A stretch of DNA of 64,000 nucleotides. Source: Octopus bimaculoides. Its lineage: Eukaryota. The notes under the pieces were generated by a model. The model was not told where the DNA came from, searched no databases, and saw nothing but the letters and a program-made list of their open reading frames with translations. The translations under genes and the position numbers were made by a program. This document shows, piece by piece, positions 61,501-64,000 of the stretch; position 1 is the first letter of the stretch, and each line of letters begins with the position of its first letter. The DNA is taken from the NCBI RefSeq assembly GCF_001194135.2, contig NC_069009.1, forward strand, positions 8,708,392 to 8,772,391. Reading direction: 5' to 3'.

Positions 61501-61930
61501 ACATTATTTACATTTGACGGATATTTGTCCTCATCTTGTTTGTTGTTAACACACGTTTCGGCTGATATACCCTCCAGCCTTCATCAGGTGTCTTGGGGGA
61601 AATTTCGAACCTGGGTTTTCATTCCTAACGATGTTACTATTATTATATTATTATTATTATTATTACTATTATTAATCAGGTCGCTGCCGTGAATCGAACT
61701 CGGAATCTTGGGGTTAGTAGCCCGCGCTCTTAACCACTACGCCATATGCCTGTGGGGAATGAGAACCATATGCCCGTTAGGAATGAGAACCCAGGTTCGA
61801 AATTTCCCCAAGACACCTGATGAAGGCTGGAGGGTATATCAGCCGAAACGTTGTGTTAACAACAAACAAGATGAGGACAAATATCCGTCAAATGTAAATA
61901 ATGTAAATAATGTAAATAATGTAAATAATT
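61501..61930 (-). mobile_element. tRNA-headed, hammerhead-tailed retroelement with an inverted second copy of the tail
   Basis: Minus strand: tRNA-like head (TGGCGTAGTGGTTAAG...GAGTTCGATTC, 61748-61677), (AAT)n, then tail with GACAC-CTGATGA-A-GGCTG..CAGCC-GAAACGT. Plus strand 61777-61930 is a near-perfect inverted copy of the tail ending in (AATGTAAAT)x4. Confidence 0.8.
61812..61857 (+). ncRNA. Minimal type I hammerhead ribozyme motif
   Basis: Stem I GACAC/GTGTT. Core CTGATGA at 61817-61823, then one extra A. Stem II GGCTG/CAGCC. GAAA at 61845-61848. Palindromic ACGT stem III. Predicted GUU cleavage triplet 61850-61852. Confidence 0.75.
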
Positions 61931-64000
61931 CCTCATCTCTTAAATATAGAACTGTATTATAATTCTAATCTAACAAAGTTAGATTTTAGATGTTTGGCAA
62001 AAGGTATTATGATCCAAGAAGTGTTATTGCTGTATATACATACATATATAAAACTCTTGGAGTGGTTGGCGTTGGGAAGGGCATCCAGCCATAGAAACCA
62101 TGCCAAATCAGACTGGAATCTGGTGCAGCCTTCCCGCTTGCCAGCCCTGGTCAAACTGTCCAACCCATGCCAACATGGACAATGGATGTTAAATGACGAT
62201 GATGAACAACAACAAATATATATATATATTGTTTGCTTTTATGTTTAGTTATAATAAAAGCAATTTTACATTAACCTGATGGCTTACGCTATACTTTTGT
62301 AGAGTACAAATTTATTACTCTTAAACAACAATGTTGTTGACAGTAACTTTGAAGTTTCCGCCAGCTAAGCCATTGTCAGCAGTCCAACAATAGCTTAGCT
62401 AGCCAAAACTTCAAATCATTCAACAACATTCTTGTTTAAGAATAATAGAAATACATACATATATATACATACACACACATATATATATATACATATATAT
62501 ACACACACACAAACAAAAATGAGGTAAGAAAAATATCTCAGAGTGGACAGTTGCATGTATGTGAATGTCAAACAAATGTAAGTACATTAAATGGTATATC
62601 AATTACCATGCAATGTAAGTTCTTGATTTATGTGTCATAATTATAAAATGGCAATTAAGACCAACACCACATGTGAAAGGAGAAATAATCTCAAGATTCA
62701 AGAATGTCTCCAAAATTGACATGCCACTAGGAAAAAAGACAGGCTTATTGTCTGAAGATAACAATCATGGACATGTGTTTCTGCTTCAATAGCCATCAAC
62801 AGCATCACAATTGGCCAACCTTATCTCCAGTAGCCAAGGGACTTATATTAAAAAATAGTAGAATACATTATGCATTATTATTATAACTAGCAAGACCCGT
62901 CAATATTTCATGGAATAGTAAACCTATTGGGTTATTCCTGAAAACTTTATCCAAAAAGCCTGAAAGCATAGCTTGTGTTGTATCTGTATCAAAAGATAGT
63001 TGCTCATCTGCTATTTGTTGAAAAGTGAACGAAATTGGAATACAATGATTACTTAATGCACTTTATATACTTTATGCACAATTTTATAGACTTAATACAC
63101 AGCTCTCATAAAATAAATATTCACTCTTATTTTTCCATTTTCCCCAAAAAGAGAAAAAATTACATTTTAAAATGTCACAAGTTCATATCTAGAAAACAAA
63201 AATTTTATTAAAAAAAGAATTTCATATGTAAAATATAGGGGTCACAATTCCATGGGGGTAGAAATTTAATGCAACATGGCATACTCTGAAAACCACATTG
63301 TTGGTAACTTATAAGCCAAGGTAATGGGTCAGAGCCAATACACATTTCAATTTGTGTACACCTTTCAATCCAATACTTCTTTGCAGACTATGTTCCTCAT
63401 GTAAGTTCTCCCTCTTTATTTTCCACTTGTTTGTCAGTCTTGATAACTTTAACTCACACCAGATAATTTGCGAGCCCTTGAGAATGCAAGGAATATATAT
63501 AAATATCAATAATAATAAAGAGTATGGAGACTTGTACATCAACAAAATTTATTTTGTATTTATGTACAGCATATTATAACGACCTACACATGTTTCTACT
63601 TTATTTTCTTTCTTGTTTCATGCTGTCTTTTCTGTTCCTCTCCAAGAAGGATTCAGCTGTGATCAGTGGTAAAGTCTGTTAGATCTAAAACTGCTCAAGA
63701 TATGCCATGTGTCACAACTGTACTCCTGCAACCCAAGGAATTAAATGCAGTTCACAAGACAAGCACACGTGTGTGTATACATATAGGTATATAGGTATGG
63801 CTGTGGGATAAAAAGACTGGTTCCAACCACATGGCTCTGGCTTGTTCAGTCACACACACACACACAATGTGTGTGTGTGTGTGTGTGTGTTAGTATGAGT
63901 ATGTCAATGTGTGTATGTCTTTGTGAATGTGTTTTACTCCCACCACTGCTTGACAACCAAGTGTTGGTTTGTTTATAGCTACATAACTTAGCAGTTCAGC

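Overview
AT-rich, gap-ridden animal genomic DNA. It is most likely an octopus (inference from the tRNA/CORE-type SINEs, RTE LINEs and dense (TA)n/(CA)n microsatellites). Two convergent host genes are supported. (1) An intronless single-cysteine-cluster Toll-like receptor on + (3574-5685). (2) A spliced gene on -, reconstructed by hand from four frame-consistent GT-AG exons (49985-49768, 45981-45852, 36226-34994, 33221-32104). It encodes one CUB-like ectodomain, one TM helix and a ~740-aa low-complexity cytoplasmic tail ending in the PDZ-type motif -ESIV; its first (signal-peptide) exon was not found. The rest is transposon debris: mariner, Tc1, maT, a Tigger/pogo element, Helitrons, a deleted Gypsy element, RTE and Penelope-like fragments, MITEs and many SINEs. 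The most interesting signal is a repeat family joining a tRNA-derived Pol III head, an (AAT)n linker and a tail carrying a minimal type I hammerhead-ribozyme motif (four hammerhead copies at three loci, one locus in an inverted arrangement). Also notable are several long fold-back structures, including twin hairpins and a ~0.7-kb, ~97%-identical inverted repeat inside introns of the minus-strand gene. All identities and alignments were estimated by eye.
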